Positions 63,901-64,000 of a DNA stretch of 64,000 bases are shown in pieces. A program made the position numbers and the translations under genes. The notes beneath the pieces are model-generated. The model was not told the DNA's origin. It searched no databases and was given only the letters and a program-made list of their open reading frames with translations. Source of the stretch: Eledone cirrhosa. Lineage: Eukaryota. The stretch spans positions 35,588,001 to 35,652,000 of the forward strand of contig OZ024740.1 in assembly GCA_964016885.1 (NCBI GenBank), in the 5' to 3' direction. Positions within the stretch are counted from its first letter, which is position 1. Every line of letters starts with the position of its first letter.

Positions 63901-64000
63901 CAGTTAGATGTAAGGTGTTGTTGTTTAACAGGCGACAGTGAGATGTAAGGTGTAGTGGGTTAACGGGTGACAGTTAGATGTAAGGTGTTGTCGTTTAACA
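57900..64000 (+). repeat. Return to the long-HOR lineage seen at ~11-33 kb, including the rare AAAAGGTGTCAGTTCG / GGAGTTTAACAAGC / CCTGG modules
   Basis: GTGATAGTCAG (~59354), GAGAGGTAAGGCG, CAACAGATAG and GGTTGAAC are shared with 11-33 kb and were not seen in 36-57 kb. The CCTGG marker lies at 62453. Confidence 0.82.

Larger units (their letters stand above)
1..64000 (+). repeat. Tandem satellite array of a 35-bp monomer (consensus GGTTTAACAGGCGACAGTTAGATGTAAGGTGTTGT), ~1,831 copies, single orientation, extends beyond both window edges
   Basis: The motif recurs every 35 bp on every line read. Most monomers differ from the consensus by only a few substitutions (common: GGC/GGT/GAC, TTAG/TGAG, GTTG/GTAG, TTTA/TTCA, TAAG/TATG). 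The distance from the monomer start at 3 to the equivalent position at 63992 is 63,989 bp; adding the net 96 bp of counted indels gives 64,085 = 1,831 x 35. Confidence 0.99.

Noticed and set aside
1-64000. CRISPR array (35-bp unit with GTTTAAC/GTTCAAC resembling repeat ends)
   Set aside because: Units are directly adjacent with no unique spacers. Variation is scattered point substitution, and there is no leader or cas gene.
1-64000. Giant repetitive protein gene on either strand
   Set aside because: The period is not divisible by 3, so the stop codons in the monomer (plus strand TAA/TAG; minus strand TAA in CTAAC and GTTAAA) rotate through all frames. No minus-strand ORF is listed.
1-64000. 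Information-carrying cassette array (diversity-generating, antigenic-variation, guide-RNA or recombination-site array)
   Set aside because: The variant order is explained by duplication and in-register deletion of pre-existing blocks. There is no hypervariable position window, no associated enzyme gene and no target locus in the window.
1-64000. Canonical telomerase-synthesised repeat or G-quadruplex array
   Set aside because: Kilobase-scale inherited variant patterns indicate DNA-level duplication rather than templated synthesis. The consensus has only GG doublets with long spacing and no G3 tracts.
1-64000. Fixed 175-bp (5-monomer, nucleosome-sized) super-monomer
   Set aside because: Observed duplication and deletion sizes are 1, 2, 4, 5, 7, 8, 10, 11, 31, 36 and 73 monomers, with no evident preference for multiples of 5.
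1-64000. Pure sequencing or assembly artefact (concatemer or collapsed repeat)
   Set aside because: The hierarchical, position-dependent shared variants and very few singleton indels look like real evolved satellite DNA. Individual junctions and copy numbers still need read-level confirmation.

Overview
The whole 64-kb window is one uninterrupted head-to-tail tandem array of a 35-bp monomer, consensus GGTTTAACAGGCGACAGTTAGATGTAAGGTGTTGT, with about 1,831 copies all in one orientation. It most likely is eukaryotic satellite DNA, and it runs off both ends of the window. I find no credible gene, RNA gene, transposon, CRISPR spacer or unique sequence. The 20 listed ORFs are one recurring 5-6-monomer variant block, useful only as a positional marker. 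The real structure is in the variant pattern. Monomer variants occur in a fixed order and form long higher-order repeats (HORs) of variable length, about 69-152 monomers (2.4-5.3 kb). These are overlaid by recent tandem duplications of 31, 36, 73 and 261 monomers (9.1 kb), by in-register deletions, and by spatially clustered variant lineages. My hand inventory of 44 small indels in 6 classes closes the 35-bp register exactly from position 3 to 63992. I do not see evidence for a new protein- or RNA-based system. The noteworthy biology is the multi-level HOR architecture and its recombination history.
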